Shown one piece after another: positions 62,969 through 64,000 of a stretch of 64,000 nucleotides of DNA. The notes below the pieces were generated by a model. That model made no database searches, was not told the origin of the DNA, and worked only from the letters and a program-made list of their open reading frames with translations. The stretch comes from an uncultured Gemmatimonadales bacterium (lineage in GTDB: Bacteria; Gemmatimonadota; Gemmatimonadetes; Gemmatimonadales; GWC2-71-9). Both the position numbers and the translations under genes were made by a program. The stretch's first letter is position 1; every line of letters starts with the position of its first letter. The stretch covers positions 512,001 to 576,000 of the forward strand of contig CAVZZO010000003.1 in the NCBI GenBank assembly GCA_963779755.1. The letters run 5' to 3'.

Positions 62969-64000
62969 TCACACGGTGCCCCGCATGGCCTTCAGCACCT
63001 GCAGTAGCGCAAACTGGCCGGCCCGGGCCCGCACTTCGTGCCGGTCGCCGCTCAGGGTGTAGTGGGCGACGGTGGTATGGCCGCGGCAGGCGGTCGCGAA
63101 GCAGACCAGCCCGACCGGTTTCTCGGCCGTTCCCCCGCCGGGGCCCGCCACCCCGGTGACCGCCACCGCGGCATCGGTCCCCAGCCGGTTCGCGGCACCC
63201 TCGGCCATGGCGGCGGCGGTCTCCTCGCTGACTGCCCCGTGCGCCGCCAGCAGCCCGGCAGGAACCCCCAGCAGCGAAGTCTTCACCGCATTGTCATAGG
63301 CAATGACGCCACCCCTGAAAACCTCCGAGCTTCCCGGGACGGCGGTGAGGCGCATGCCGAGCATGCCGCCGGTACAACTCTCGGCGACGGCCAGGGTCAT
63401 TCCACGGGTGCGGGCTTCCTCCAGCACCAGGGCGGCCAGATCCTGGTCGTCCTCGCCGTAGACCCAGCGGCCAGCCTTCTCCCGCAGCAGCCGGAGCGCC
63501 TCCTCCAGGCGCTGCGCCGCTTCGGCGGGAGCGAGCTGCCAGGCAGTCACACGCAGGTCGACGCCTTCCAGCCCCGGCAGGTAGGCGAGAGTCAGGGGGG
63601 CAAGTTCCGCTTCCACACTGCCCAGGCGGTCGGCCAGCGTGGACTCGGCGACGCCGGTGGTCCGCAAGGTTCGTGATCGGATGACGGCGTGTTCGGCGGG
63701 TAGGCGGCTGCCCAGCCGGGGCAGGACCTCGTGTTCCAGCAGCCGGCGCATTTCGCCGGGGACCCCAGGCAGAAGAATAGCCAGGCCGAGCCCGCCCTCC
63801 AGCCACAACCCCGGCGCGGTGCCCCAGCGGTTGCGCAGCACGGTGGCGCCGCGCGGGACCATGGCCTGGGTGCGGTTGGCGGCCGCGGGGTTGCGGCCCA
63901 TGCGGGCGAAACGGGCCAGCAGGTCCTGCCAGACCGAGTCGTCGAACTCGAGTGGCATCTCGAAGATGCCGGCGACCGCTTCCCTGGTGATATCGTCGCG
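62969..64000 (-). CDS. cinA: CinA family competence/damage-inducible protein with PncC domain (5' truncated)
   Basis: N..GTAPG, LPGVPGEM, AVAESCTGG, HGAVSEE, TGVAGPGG. Confidence 0.94.
   Translation of the reverse strand, partial: RDDITREAVAGIFEMPLEFDDSVWQDLLARFARMGRNPAAANRTQAMVPRGATVLRNRWGTAPGLWLEGGLGLAILLPGVPGEMRRLLEHEVLPRLGSRLPAEHAVIRSRTLRTTGVAESTLADRLGSVEAELAPLTLAYLPGLEGVDLRVTAWQLAPAEAAQRLEEALRLLREKAGRWVYGEDDQDLAALVLEEARTRGMTLAVAESCTGGMLGMRLTAVPGSSEVFRGGVIAYDNAVKTSLLGVPAGLLAAHGAVSEETAAAMAEGAANRLGTDAAVAVTGVAGPGGGTAEKPVGLVCFATACRGHTTVAHYTLSGDRHEVRARAGQFALLQVLKAMRGTV

Overview
High-GC bacterial chromosomal window. Gene content, lipoprotein style and intergenic repeats suggest Gemmatimonadota (inference). 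About 58 mostly tightly packed CDSs cover envelope, efflux and regulation: TolC-MFP-RND-TetR and TolC-MacA-ABC-2xMacB operons, a sigma70, an ECF sigma/anti-sigma/VIT-vWA locus, an NtrX-like activator and a giant NtrY-like kinase. Housekeeping genes include yajQ, thpR, larE, arfB, bshB1, iscS, mnmA, ppk1, dnaJ, grpE and cinA. I saw no rRNA, tRNA, CRISPR, transposase or phage. Best leads: (1) a 47-aa lipo-prepeptide with a C-terminal Cys-x10-Cys loop, encoded antisense inside the 3' end of an all-helical TPR protein gene (candidate peptide/receptor signalling pair); (2) a 29-aa TonB-plug-like motif shared by the VIT-vWA protein and the anti-sigma factor of the same ECF operon; (3) a low-GC islet whose lipoprotein gene is put out of frame by a G9 tract in the signal peptide; (4) a 190-194 bp tandem array bounded by 17-bp inverted repeats; (5) at least six families of palindromic short-period intergenic repeats; (6) an exact sigmaW-type promoter before the MacAB-TolC-like operon. 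All calls come from reading the sequence by eye; no searches were run.
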